Source: an uncultured Gammaproteobacteria bacterium
GTDB taxonomy: Bacteria > Patescibacteriota > Microgenomatia > UBA8517
Length of the DNA: 64,000 bases
Direction of reading: 5' to 3'
Assembly: GCA_964427735.1 (NCBI GenBank)
Contig: CAYRUS010000001.1
Location: 162,173-226,172, forward strand
In this document: positions 39,810 to 49,553 of the stretch, piece after piece
Layout of the letters: each line of letters begins with the position of its first letter
Position numbering within the stretch: the stretch's first letter is position 1
Made by a program: the position numbers and the translations under genes
The notes under the pieces: generated by a model
Database searches by the model: none
Seen by the model: only the letters and a program-made list of their open reading frames with translations
Told to the model about the DNA's origin: nothing

Positions 39810-39875
39810 CTAATTATAATCACTTCCCTAAAGTTACTTAGTCTCTTTACTTACAAAAGAAGTAATCTAAGTTAA

Positions 39876-41873
39876 GTGATAAAATGTTTATACAATAATA
39901 GTATAATGGATATCATACTAACATACCTACTTTTCCCTGTTCTATGCCTATTGTTATTTATTGGAACCGGGTTACTATTACTTAAATACTTGGGTAATAA
40001 CAAATCTTATTCTTTAGAATCTATAGTTTTTGGCACTGTAATCGGGTATGTAGTGCTTAATTTAGTAGCATATTTTTTTCTAATACTTCATATTTCTTTT
40101 TGGATAATTCCATTTGGAATCGCCTTATTGATTTATCTTAATAAAGACATTTTCAACAAAATTAAAATTAATAAAACCATCTCAAGACTTGATCTTATTT
40201 CTATTGCAGTTTTTATGATTGGGGTAATTTTTCAGCTTTTAGTCATAGCTCCTAGTGGAATCACTAAAAATGGCGATTTACTGTTTTGGAGCTCTCATGG
40301 TCATGATGCAACTTGGCATATAGCTGTAATGAATAAAATTGCGGAAGGTTTTCCATTAGAAAATCCCATCTTCTCTCTAGAAAGACTTTATAACTATCAT
40401 TATTTTTTTAATATCTTGCCTGCCATATTTATGAAAAACTTCAACCTTTCTGAGATTGAAATGTACTTTCGATTGTTCCCTTTACTTTTCAGTATTCTTC
40501 TTGGCAGCACAGCATATTATCTAGGTAAGAAAGTTGGCAAGTCGCAAACGGCAGGCATTTGGAATATGTTTTTTGTATATTTTGTCGGAAGCTTTGGCTA
40601 TATAGCCACCTTAATAAAAGATGGTATAGTCGGAGGAGAAAGTATTTTCTGGGCTTCACAGGTTCATAGCTCTATTGGAAACCCACCTCAAATCATTTCA
40701 AATTTTTTGGTTTTGTCTTTTCTATATTTTATATTTGACTATTTTAATACCAAAAGAAAATCAGACTTTATTTTCTGTGTTTTAATTGCCTCAGTATTAC
40801 CTGTATTTAAGGTATATGCAGCAGTTATAGTTTTCCTTTCTTTAGGTGTTATAGCAATAATTCGTTTAATCACAGTAAAAAATTTTGATATTTTTGTAAT
40901 GACATTCATTTCTGCTCTCTTTGCAGCTGTTTTGTATTTGCCAAATACCCTGTCCTCAGCATCATTTTTAATTATTGAACCATGGTGGTATATAAGAACT
41001 ATGATTGTCTCAGAAGGACGTCTAAATTGGATTGATCACGAATTAAGAAGACAGACTTTCCTTGCTCATAACAATTATTTGAGGGTAATCCAACTAGAGT
41101 TAATAGCTTTTGTCATTTTTATAGTTGGAAACTTAGGAACACGAATAGTCGGATTAACTTATTTTATTAAAAATATTAAAAAATTCTTTGTAGATAATTT
41201 TTATGCACTATTAACCATGATTGCTACTTTTTCAGTTGTATTACCTTTGCTGTTTTTACAAAAAGGAGTAGTAAGTAATACTGCTCAATTTCTTCAATAT
41301 TTTTTGTTGACTTTTGGTATTGCTGCTTCGATTTCTATTGACGAATTACTTAAAAAAGTAAAACAAAGTCAGGCAAAAGCCGTAATAGTCCTAATACTAA
41401 TATTTATTTCTGCACCAACACAAATTGGATTGTTATTTGATTTTTACCAGAGACCTGCATTTGCTAAAGTATCAAAGCTAGAGTTAGAAGCTTTAAATTT
41501 TACGAAAATGAATTCTGCTGATTCTGATGTAATTATAGTCCCCTCATACGACCCACATACAAATACTGATGAAGAAACACCGCCAATCTGGGATTGGTTT
41601 GATACTTCGTATGTTTCCGCCTTTGCAAAAAGAAGTGTTTATTTTGCTGACTACGAGCAACTGGATATAATGGGCTATGACTTTAATGAAAGAAAAGATC
41701 TAGTAGAAAAACTGTTTAACACTAACTCCCCATCGGAGTTTGACACTTTGTTCAAAAAAAGTGGTTCTAGCATATTATACTTTCCTAAAATGATGCGTCC
41801 CGATGTATTTCTGCCAATGACTAGTTTAGAAAAAAAATATGAAAATGATGAAGTAGAAATATGGTCTTATTGA
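39876..41873 (+). CDS. Large polytopic membrane protein, unassigned family with GHDAxWHIA motif (paralog of 54619..56385); candidate novel GT-C-type transferase or polymerase
   Basis: 665 aa. SSHGHDATWHIAVMNKIAEGFPLENP after TM2. Conserved C-terminal YVSAFAKRSVYFADYEQLDIMGYDFNERKDLVEKLFNTNSP, aligned with YVSAFTKKPVYLEDEVNLTIMNYPWQERREKLDEFLKDSNSP in the partner. The real start may be the ATG at 39906 (MDIIL...). Confidence 0.5.
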   Translation: MIKCLYNNSIMDIILTYLLFPVLCLLLFIGTGLLLLKYLGNNKSYSLESIVFGTVIGYVVLNLVAYFFLILHISFWIIPFGIALLIYLNKDIFNKIKINKTISRLDLISIAVFMIGVIFQLLVIAPSGITKNGDLLFWSSHGHDATWHIAVMNKIAEGFPLENPIFSLERLYNYHYFFNILPAIFMKNFNLSEIEMYFRLFPLLFSILLGSTAYYLGKKVGKSQTAGIWNMFFVYFVGSFGYIATLIKDGIVGGESIFWASQVHSSIGNPPQIISNFLVLSFLYFIFDYFNTKRKSDFIFCVLIASVLPVFKVYAAVIVFLSLGVIAIIRLITVKNFDIFVMTFISALFAAVLYLPNTLSSASFLIIEPWWYIRTMIVSEGRLNWIDHELRRQTFLAHNNYLRVIQLELIAFVIFIVGNLGTRIVGLTYFIKNIKKFFVDNFYALLTMIATFSVVLPLLFLQKGVVSNTAQFLQYFLLTFGIAASISIDELLKKVKQSQAKAVIVLILIFISAPTQIGLLFDFYQRPAFAKVSKLELEALNFTKMNSADSDVIIVPSYDPHTNTDEETPPIWDWFDTSYVSAFAKRSVYFADYEQLDIMGYDFNERKDLVEKLFNTNSPSEFDTLFKKSGSSILYFPKMMRPDVFLPMTSLEKKYENDEVEIWSY

Positions 41874-41874
41874 T

Positions 41875-42546
41875 TTAATCCTGGCTTTTCCAAATGAAAA
41901 TTATTAATGTTATTATTAACACAGCATAAAACACCACGAATTTTGTATCAAAAATAAACTGATTAATAAAATCTTTATACACACTAGATATTAGATCAAA
42001 TTTACTTTCTGGTTTATAAATTGGCAAAATTGACAAATTACCATCAATTTTTTCTTGGTTATAAAATAAATCACTCATCCACCTCTTAAGTTCATTTGAA
42101 TAAAAAATCTGAAGAGCGTTAAGAGAATTAGATGTTGGAGAATTAATTCTTATTTCATACCATTTATTTTCTGATTCAAAAATCGGCTCAAATCTAAATT
42201 GTACAAATTCTCCGTCAGGAATATTGAGCCCATTTATATGTGATGATCTTATTAAATTATCATCTTCATAAAGCTCTAAATATATATTTTCATTATTTCT
42301 AAAATTCGGGTTTTTAATACTAGTTCCAAAGCCAATAAGGTTATTTTTGTCTGAATATATTACTTGTTTGATTTGATTGTCTTCATAGACATCTAAAGTT
42401 GCATCCAAACTAGGCTGTGAATGCAAATAAAAAGCATCAAGAGTAAATAAAATACTTATTGGAATTATTAAAATAAAAAATGCTATTAAAGTAACTGCGT
42501 ACAAAAGTACTTTAGTTTGTAATTTTTTCATTTTTGTAACATACAA
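41875..42546 (-). CDS. Hypothetical bitopic membrane protein (N- and C-terminal TM helices, central domain of about 150 aa)
   Basis: 223 aa; N-terminal VLLYAVTLIAFFILIIPISILF and C-terminal FVVFYAVLIITLIIFIW hydrophobic segments. Same topology as 9350..9910. Confidence 0.4.
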   Translation of the reverse strand: MYVTKMKKLQTKVLLYAVTLIAFFILIIPISILFTLDAFYLHSQPSLDATLDVYEDNQIKQVIYSDKNNLIGFGTSIKNPNFRNNENIYLELYEDDNLIRSSHINGLNIPDGEFVQFRFEPIFESENKWYEIRINSPTSNSLNALQIFYSNELKRWMSDLFYNQEKIDGNLSILPIYKPESKFDLISSVYKDFINQFIFDTKFVVFYAVLIITLIIFIWKSQD

Positions 42547-43732
42547 AGACAGTCAATAAACCCACAATAAACAAAATAATTTTTACTAAGTTTGTCAACA
42601 ATCCAACATCCATAATCTTACTAACAAATATGTATGGGTATGAAGCCTGATGAAATATCTGACTAATCGGAGTTAGCAAAGAAACACTTAAATATCTGTC
42701 GTTTATTAAAAGTGGCGCAACAAAACTCAAAATCATAATAACAAGAGAAGGTGCTATATATTTACTATTTCTAATAGTTAGAATAATGAGGAATGGCAAA
42801 AACCACAAGATCCACTGAATATGATAATCAACCATAGTAACTAAAAGTAAAGTTGATGACAGAAAAAATAACCAATACCCTTTAATTCTATTAATGTATA
42901 GATACAAAAATGCTATCGAATAAACTATCAAGTAATATGGAATTTTCTTGGGTAAACCGATATCTACTCCGTGTTCAAAAATCCGATTTGTTAATCCAGA
43001 AGAAAGAGAAGCATTAAAAAAATCACTACCCATAAAAGGAAGTAATATTAAAACAAATACTGCTAGCGATACTACAAAATTTATTAATTGATTCTTGAAT
43101 TTTCCCTTTGTTAAGAAAAGTACAGGAAGCAATAAAATTGGATATGCCTTAATACCCGCTCCTATAGCCAAAGACAAACCAGCGTGCAAACTCTGCTTCT
43201 TTTTTAGAAACAATAATGAAAGTATTGTAAAAAAGACAGCTAAGATATCAATGTTACTATAAAAATAAATAATAGCTATACTAAAAGGATTAAATAACCA
43301 AAAGGTAAAAGCCAACTCTTTATTCCTCTTCTTCTCAAACAATTTATAAATTAAAAATGCAATGAAAAGATCCAAAAAAAGATATGGCAACTTTAAGACA
43401 AACAGATATCTATATAAATAGTCTGTATTCTCTCCATTAAGCCAATGATAGAATTCTGAACCTAAAAATGGACTAACCACAAGCTGATAGGTTCCTAAAA
43501 AAAGATATGCAAGAGGAAAATATACAAACTCTTCTTTAAAGTGATGATTTTCTTTATTATCTTCTAGATAAGAATATATGTTAATTACTCCTGATTTTAG
43601 GTATTGTGATTGAGAATGATAAACTCTTATATCTGGGTGAAAGAAAAATGGCATTAATATAATTCTTATTAATATTGCCAGCAGCAAAAACCATCTAAGA
43701 GTTTTATTTTTTAATATTTCTTGCATTGTCAA
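42512..43732 (-). CDS. Polytopic membrane protein, possible GT-C-like transferase (DUF2029/GT87-like?)
   Basis: 406 aa with about 11 TM segments; N-terminal FFHPDIRVYHSQSQYL loop. Family assignment is tentative. Confidence 0.35.
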   Translation of the reverse strand: MTMQEILKNKTLRWFLLLAILIRIILMPFFFHPDIRVYHSQSQYLKSGVINIYSYLEDNKENHHFKEEFVYFPLAYLFLGTYQLVVSPFLGSEFYHWLNGENTDYLYRYLFVLKLPYLFLDLFIAFLIYKLFEKKRNKELAFTFWLFNPFSIAIIYFYSNIDILAVFFTILSLLFLKKKQSLHAGLSLAIGAGIKAYPILLLPVLFLTKGKFKNQLINFVVSLAVFVLILLPFMGSDFFNASLSSGLTNRIFEHGVDIGLPKKIPYYLIVYSIAFLYLYINRIKGYWLFFLSSTLLLVTMVDYHIQWILWFLPFLIILTIRNSKYIAPSLVIMILSFVAPLLINDRYLSVSLLTPISQIFHQASYPYIFVSKIMDVGLLTNLVKIILFIVGLLTVFVCYKNEKITN

Positions 43733-45377
43733 TTTTTAAATTAAAAATATAGCATCCAACTATTATAAATGCTGCAATTGAAGTCAAATCAAGAAATAAT
43801 TTAGACTTTGTTTCAGTAAAGTAATATGAAATATTGTATCTGCCTTTGTCTACGTTAAAACTTACCTGCCCATGTGGTTCTCCGGGAAATATTTCTGCTT
43901 TTTTATTGTTTATGTAAACATTCCACCCAGGGAAATAATACTTCCTTAGATTTACATTGGTTACCTGATTAACATTAATATTAGCTTCAAATTTTAATGG
44001 ATTAATCTCGATCAATTCTATTACCTCAACACCTTCACCATAAATTTCCGGCAAAACACTACTAGGTCTTTGGGAAGTATGTTTAGTAAGTCTTAAATAC
44101 TCTTCAGATGTTTCCAGATATTCTGTGCTAGCATCTGGGTAAGGAATATACCTATTTAGATAATATTCGTCTGTTCTTCCCAAGTAGTCTTGAGGATGAA
44201 AATACCTAAAAGTACTAAATATTATTAGTGCTATTAAAACAACTGACAAAATCAGCCTTTTTGAAAAATAAGATAAAGTAATTAAAAATAGTGGCGACAA
44301 AAATGTTGTTAACATTAAAAACCTCCAAGGGAATTGAAAGTACTGAATTAAAGGTACATTTTCCCAAACGAGTGCAGATCGATGATTCATCATAAAAATA
44401 CTGATCATAAAAACACTAATCATCCAAACAAAAAGTGATTTAACAAATTTATCCATCTTTTTCCATTTCAACACCAAGATCAGAATTCCAAAAGCAACTG
44501 CTAATAAATTAAACAAGCCTACAAAAAATGACATTCCATCATAAGGACCAGGCACAGAAGCTCCATAACCAAAATATGGAGTTATCAATTGTTTAATAGT
44601 AGGGAAATGATCGTAAAAATTAAAAACAGTATCAAACTTCATTAACCTACTATCTAGAATTGCAGGTAACCAAAAATAAATGCTAATGAAAAATCCAAAT
44701 AAATACATAATTAAGTAATTTTTAATTGTGTAGATATCATTATTTACGAAAATCAAAATGATAATTAAAAGAATTGAAGTAGGGATAAACATATATGCAG
44801 CAATGTTGTGGGTTAATATTAACCCTGCAATGGCAATCGCTCCTACACCAATCCACCGTCTCTCATCTTTAAAAACTTTAATAATAGATAAAATAATCAG
44901 AGGTAAAAAAACAAATGATAATATTTCACCTATAGCACCTCTAACATACAAGTCGGTTGCTCGATATGGTGTATAGGCATACAATACTCCTGCTGCTAAA
45001 GCAACAAATTTATTAGATAACTCTTTTGCCAATAGATACATAAAATATACAGAAAGAGGAATACTTAAAACAAAAACCGCTTTAATGCTGTCAACAAGAC
45101 TAAGTCCAAACAAGTTAAATATTTCAGCAAGATAAAAAGGCAAAGGGAAAACAAAATTGAAAAGCGGATATCCAAACCTAAAACTTAAATCAGGTACATA
45201 TCTTGGTGGAATTTGTCCAGAAATTAATGATCTGTGCATTTGATGTAACCAAGCAATATGAATATCATCAGATGCACCAAAATATCCAGGAACAAAAAGT
45301 GCTGAAACTGCTGGCAATGATAAGACAATTATCAATAATATTATGTATTTATCGAAATATTTTTCTAATTTTTTCAT
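43704..45377 (-). CDS. YfhO-like GT-C membrane glycosyltransferase (tandem paralog 1 of 3)
   Basis: 557 aa; N-terminal GYFGASDDIHIAWLHQMHRSLISGQIPPRYVPDLSFRFGYPLFNFVFP. C-terminal YYFPGWNVYINNKKAEIFPGEPHGQVSFNVDKGRYNISYYF resembles the FPGW ... G.H.v.f.Y C-terminal domain of YfhO-family proteins. Confidence 0.5.
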   Translation of the reverse strand: MKKLEKYFDKYIILLIIVLSLPAVSALFVPGYFGASDDIHIAWLHQMHRSLISGQIPPRYVPDLSFRFGYPLFNFVFPLPFYLAEIFNLFGLSLVDSIKAVFVLSIPLSVYFMYLLAKELSNKFVALAAGVLYAYTPYRATDLYVRGAIGEILSFVFLPLIILSIIKVFKDERRWIGVGAIAIAGLILTHNIAAYMFIPTSILLIIILIFVNNDIYTIKNYLIMYLFGFFISIYFWLPAILDSRLMKFDTVFNFYDHFPTIKQLITPYFGYGASVPGPYDGMSFFVGLFNLLAVAFGILILVLKWKKMDKFVKSLFVWMISVFMISIFMMNHRSALVWENVPLIQYFQFPWRFLMLTTFLSPLFLITLSYFSKRLILSVVLIALIIFSTFRYFHPQDYLGRTDEYYLNRYIPYPDASTEYLETSEEYLRLTKHTSQRPSSVLPEIYGEGVEVIELIEINPLKFEANINVNQVTNVNLRKYYFPGWNVYINNKKAEIFPGEPHGQVSFNVDKGRYNISYYFTETKSKLFLDLTSIAAFIIVGCYIFNLKIDNARNIKK

Positions 45378-47034
45378 GATTCAAATAAACAATTAACCCT
45401 ATTAAGGAAACCATAGAAATAATATTACTAAAAGTTCGAATCGGTGTATTAAAGAAATATCCTTCAATAGCGTTTTCCCCTTCTGCTAATGTAACAATTA
45501 TTCTCCCAAAATTGTCATATTGCGGACTCGTGTATTCTGAATTTGTTTTTACTTTCCATTCTGGAAAATAAAATATCGGAATAACCACCTCTGTTTCCTC
45601 TTGTGAATTAGCTACCATTCTAAAAAATTTAGAATTACTCTCGTACTCATTTATCTGAACGTCATCAGGAATAATAGGTAAATCAGGTGCTTGCTCTTTT
45701 GGCTCCAATGCAGTTTTTGGTAGATAGTCTAAAATTGATCCTTTTTGCTGAGTAATCCATCTAGATCCACTTAACTTTTCTTCATCAGTAACTTGATATA
45801 AATGGACTGGTCTAAAATAAGTAATGTTAAAACTAATAACAATTGCTGCTATTACTAATGCAAAAAAGGTTCTTTTGTTCTCTTTTATTAAATAAATAAA
45901 CACACCTCCAAGAATACTAATAAAAAAAGCTGTCAAACCCAAAAATCTCCAGGGGAATTGAACATATGAAAGAATATCAAATGTTTCCCAAACAAATGCT
46001 GATCTATAGTGAGTCATAAAAACAGAAAAACCAAAAAATAAAAAAGTAAATGTTGTTATTAGTTTTTTATCTTCATCTAATCTTTTTTTTATCGTTATAT
46101 TTTTGAAAATGTACTTTCTCAAACAAATCAAGAAAATAAGTGAAATTAAAATCATCAAGTGAATCCAACCAATTTGAAAAGATAAACTATCATTGTCACC
46201 AGGAACTGAAGCCCCAAATCCCCAGGTATTTGAAAAAAACAACTGCTTTATATTTACAAAATGACCACGATAATTTAAATCAAATCGAGTTAGTGTTTCT
46301 GTTTGAACAAGATTTTTTTCAAAAAATGCTGGCAATACAAAAAATGTAGCTAAACCAAAACCAAGAAAAAGAGACAAAAGCAACTGATAAAAATTTTCCC
46401 TTTTACTAATTAAATATAAATATGCGATCGACACAAGGATAATAGGAGTAAAAAGCAAAGTAGATATGTTATGTGTCAATAAAAATAAACAAAATGATAC
46501 AGAAAGTCCTAAAATATTAAACTTTGATGGCTTTTTTGCCAGGGCAAAAATAAAGTAAAAAATAAATGGAATAATTCCTAAAGCAAAACTTTCAGACAAT
46601 GCGCCTCTAACATACGTATCCACAGCCTTATATGGAGAATAAGTATACAAAACCCCAGAAATAAATCCTGCATTTTTCCCAAACCATTCTTTAACAAACA
46701 AATACATCCCGATGCCTGAAAACATCTGGGGTAATATAAATAATATCTTTGCAGTATTTATGTAACTAAAAAAATAACTTATTAATCCGCCTAAGTAATA
46801 TGGAAAAACACTGTAGTAGTTAAAAAGAGGATATCCATATCCAAACCCCATATCAGGAACCCATCTACATGGGATTTGAAAATCAGAAAAACACTTTCTC
46901 ATTTCATAGATCCTTATTATCTGCAAGTCATCATGGTGTGGAAAGTATCCTTTTGAAAAAAGAGGAATTACAGTAAACAAAGAAACTAATGTAAGAACTA
47001 TTAGCTGCCAGTTTTTTTGTATAGTAATTTTCAT
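45349..47034 (-). CDS. YfhO-like GT-C membrane glycosyltransferase (tandem paralog 2 of 3)
   Basis: 561 aa; GYFPHHDDLQIIRIYEMRKCFSDFQIPCRWVPDMGFGYGYPLFNYY; C-terminal FYFPEWKVKTN ... GENAIEGYFFNTP. Confidence 0.5.
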   Translation of the reverse strand: MKITIQKNWQLIVLTLVSLFTVIPLFSKGYFPHHDDLQIIRIYEMRKCFSDFQIPCRWVPDMGFGYGYPLFNYYSVFPYYLGGLISYFFSYINTAKILFILPQMFSGIGMYLFVKEWFGKNAGFISGVLYTYSPYKAVDTYVRGALSESFALGIIPFIFYFIFALAKKPSKFNILGLSVSFCLFLLTHNISTLLFTPIILVSIAYLYLISKRENFYQLLLSLFLGFGLATFFVLPAFFEKNLVQTETLTRFDLNYRGHFVNIKQLFFSNTWGFGASVPGDNDSLSFQIGWIHLMILISLIFLICLRKYIFKNITIKKRLDEDKKLITTFTFLFFGFSVFMTHYRSAFVWETFDILSYVQFPWRFLGLTAFFISILGGVFIYLIKENKRTFFALVIAAIVISFNITYFRPVHLYQVTDEEKLSGSRWITQQKGSILDYLPKTALEPKEQAPDLPIIPDDVQINEYESNSKFFRMVANSQEETEVVIPIFYFPEWKVKTNSEYTSPQYDNFGRIIVTLAEGENAIEGYFFNTPIRTFSNIISMVSLIGLIVYLNHEKIRKIFR

Positions 47035-47040
47035 AAAATA

Positions 47041-48756
47041 TTAAGTTTCTCTCTTTTTATAATAGATAAAAGTTAACATGATCATACTTCCGAGACTCAA
47101 AATATTTCCAACAGTCTGCGCTGTCGTATCTTCTAATCTGATTTCTACATTATGGTTTCCAGGTGGTAATTCAAAAGTAACCAGCCCTAGACAAAACTCC
47201 TGTTCTCTACAATCATCATTTATATGATCAATAACTTCTCCATCGGAATAAACTGTCATACCTGGAAAATCATATATAGGAGCTCTTATTAATGCATCCT
47301 CAGAGACATTTATTGGACCCATCTGATAGTTGCTACCTTTTTTATAACTACCTATTTCAGCATTTCCTTCAAGTATTTCTGGCTTTTCCGGAGCTTTTTC
47401 TATTGGAGGTAGATCTGCTGATTTGGGCAGATAATCAAAGATGCTAATTGTAAGTTGCTTTTCCCACAAGTTACCAGAAAACTTATCCGCGTCAGATATA
47501 TAATACCACTCTTTTACTCTGAAAAACCCAATATTTAGTAGGATTGCTAGGATAATAATTATTATTCCTATGATATATTTTTTAAAGCCGCCAAACATTG
47601 AGATACCCACGCCAGCTATGATTGGCAATAGAAATATGCTCACAGCCATAAAACGCCACGGAAACTGTAACCAAGCTAGAAAATGTAGTCTTTCCCATAT
47701 AAACATTGACCTTAGATGCATCAAAAATAAAGTAAATACTTCAAGTCCTAAAAGAAGCAATAAAAGTAGAGATAATTTTCTATTTTTGTTTATTTTGAAT
47801 AAGGCAACAATTCCTACAATTATCGCAAATAACCAATGAATATTTCCTGTTGATAAATTAAGAAGTTCATCTGGAAAGCCAGAAGACCCATATCCCCACT
47901 CTCGTGAAATAAACATGTCATACAGGTTTACGAAATGCTTTCTGTAATCAAAGTAACCCATCAACATAGTTTCTATATGCACATATTTTTGTTCGAGTAT
48001 TGCAGGAAGCACAAAATACGAAGCAAAACAAAAACCTAACACTCCACTTAGTACTATTTTGGGAAATACATCCTTCCACTTTTTTTCAGTAAACAACCAA
48101 TACAAAACCCAAAATAAGGAAGGAATAACAAATATTAGTGACATAAGACTATGTGTCATCAACAACAAACCAACTGATAATGAAAGCCATACAAGGTATT
48201 TATTTTTGTTAGTTTTTATTAGTTTATATGAAGACCAAAATATTAGTGGGAAAAACACTAAAGCCCAAAACTCACTCAAAGCTCCTCTTACATAAACCTC
48301 AACTGCTTTGTATGGAATATATGTATAAAATATTGCTGCAACAATTCCTTCCCATTTACCTGCAATCTCTTTAACTAAAATAAACATGGTTAAAGCTGAC
48401 AAAATATAACCCAACATAAAAAGTATCTTTACAGAATCAATAAACTGAAAGCCTAATAAATGAATTAATTCTCCGATGTAGTAAACACTAGGCGGATAAA
48501 AGTTAAACTGAGGGTATCCATACTGATATCCAGCATCCGGTACCCATCTACAGGGAATTTGAAAATCCTTGAAACATTCATGCATTTGATGAATCCTAAA
48601 TGCCTGAAGATCATCTTGCATAAAAAAATATCCACTCCTCATAAGCGGAATAAAAGAAGGAGATATGATCAAAATGATAAAGACTGTTGTCCAAGAAAAT
48701 CCCACTAACTTTATATAAGACTTTATTTTTTTTATTAGCTGCTGAGCTTTTTCCAT
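47041..48756 (-). CDS. YfhO-like GT-C membrane glycosyltransferase (tandem paralog 3 of 3)
   Basis: 571 aa; GYFFMQDDLQAFRIHQMHECFKDFQIPCRWVPDAGYQYGYPQFNFY; C-terminal YDFPGMTVYSDGEVIDH ... PPGNHNVEIRLEDT. Confidence 0.5.
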   Translation of the reverse strand: MEKAQQLIKKIKSYIKLVGFSWTTVFIILIISPSFIPLMRSGYFFMQDDLQAFRIHQMHECFKDFQIPCRWVPDAGYQYGYPQFNFYPPSVYYIGELIHLLGFQFIDSVKILFMLGYILSALTMFILVKEIAGKWEGIVAAIFYTYIPYKAVEVYVRGALSEFWALVFFPLIFWSSYKLIKTNKNKYLVWLSLSVGLLLMTHSLMSLIFVIPSLFWVLYWLFTEKKWKDVFPKIVLSGVLGFCFASYFVLPAILEQKYVHIETMLMGYFDYRKHFVNLYDMFISREWGYGSSGFPDELLNLSTGNIHWLFAIIVGIVALFKINKNRKLSLLLLLLLGLEVFTLFLMHLRSMFIWERLHFLAWLQFPWRFMAVSIFLLPIIAGVGISMFGGFKKYIIGIIIIILAILLNIGFFRVKEWYYISDADKFSGNLWEKQLTISIFDYLPKSADLPPIEKAPEKPEILEGNAEIGSYKKGSNYQMGPINVSEDALIRAPIYDFPGMTVYSDGEVIDHINDDCREQEFCLGLVTFELPPGNHNVEIRLEDTTAQTVGNILSLGSMIMLTFIYYKKRET

Positions 48757-49550
48757 TTTTGTCCTGACAATGATATAAGATATATCAGATAGTGTCCCAA
48801 CAAACCATGATAAATTTTACTAGAAGGAATTAACCGCTTCCACTGATCTTTACCTTTTGCTAAGTTTCTACCACTAGCTCCATGGTGATGAACCACAATA
48901 GACTTCGGGTTGTAAAAAACTTTGAGTCCTGCTTTGTGTACTCGCTTACAATAATCAAGATCCTCAAAGTACATAAAATACCTCTCATCAAGTAGACCAA
49001 CTTTTTTTATAGCTGTTGGTGTAATTAAAAATGCTGCACCAACCAAAGCATTTACTTCGACTGAGATATCACCCTCTGGAGCAAATTTACTAAAATATCC
49101 TTCCTCTCCAAACCAATACTCTTTTATTGCGTTTCGGATTGTAGGGAAAACAAAACACGATGGCTGAAGACTTCCATCACTATTTAAAAGCCTTGATCCT
49201 ACAACTCCTACATCCTTAGTGTTTTTAGCAAACTCTAAGAGCTCAGAAATTGCATTTGCTTTTATTTCAGTATCAGAATTTAAAAGAAATATATATTTTG
49301 ATTTCGCCTCTTTAATTCCAATATTATTTGCTTTTGAAAAACCAAGGTTACTTGAGTTTTTAATAAAGAAAAGATTCTTATATTCTTTTTCCAATTTCTC
49401 TAGTTTTTCTACGCTTTGATCATAAGATCCGTTATCAATAAGAATTATTTCAAAGTTGAGGTTTTTCTCACATTTGAATATAGACTTTACACAAGCTACA
49501 GTCAGTTCAGGTGTGTTGTAATTTACAATAATAATAGAAACATCTTTCAT
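48735..49550 (-). CDS. Glycosyltransferase family 2
   Basis: VSIIIVNYNTPELT ... IILIDNGSYDQS ... LLNSDTEI. Confidence 0.8.
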   Translation of the reverse strand: MKDVSIIIVNYNTPELTVACVKSIFKCEKNLNFEIILIDNGSYDQSVEKLEKLEKEYKNLFFIKNSSNLGFSKANNIGIKEAKSKYIFLLNSDTEIKANAISELLEFAKNTKDVGVVGSRLLNSDGSLQPSCFVFPTIRNAIKEYWFGEEGYFSKFAPEGDISVEVNALVGAAFLITPTAIKKVGLLDERYFMYFEDLDYCKRVHKAGLKVFYNPKSIVVHHHGASGRNLAKGKDQWKRLIPSSKIYHGLLGHYLIYLISLSGQKWKKLSS

Positions 49551-49553
49551 ATT

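Noticed and set aside
39810-39875. Imperfect inverted repeats (AAGTTACTTAG ... CTAAGTTAAG) in the divergent spacer before the plus-strand membrane-protein gene
   Set aside because: The arms are mismatched and AT-rich and could arise by chance. They are noted only as a possible promoter/operator region, not called as a feature.
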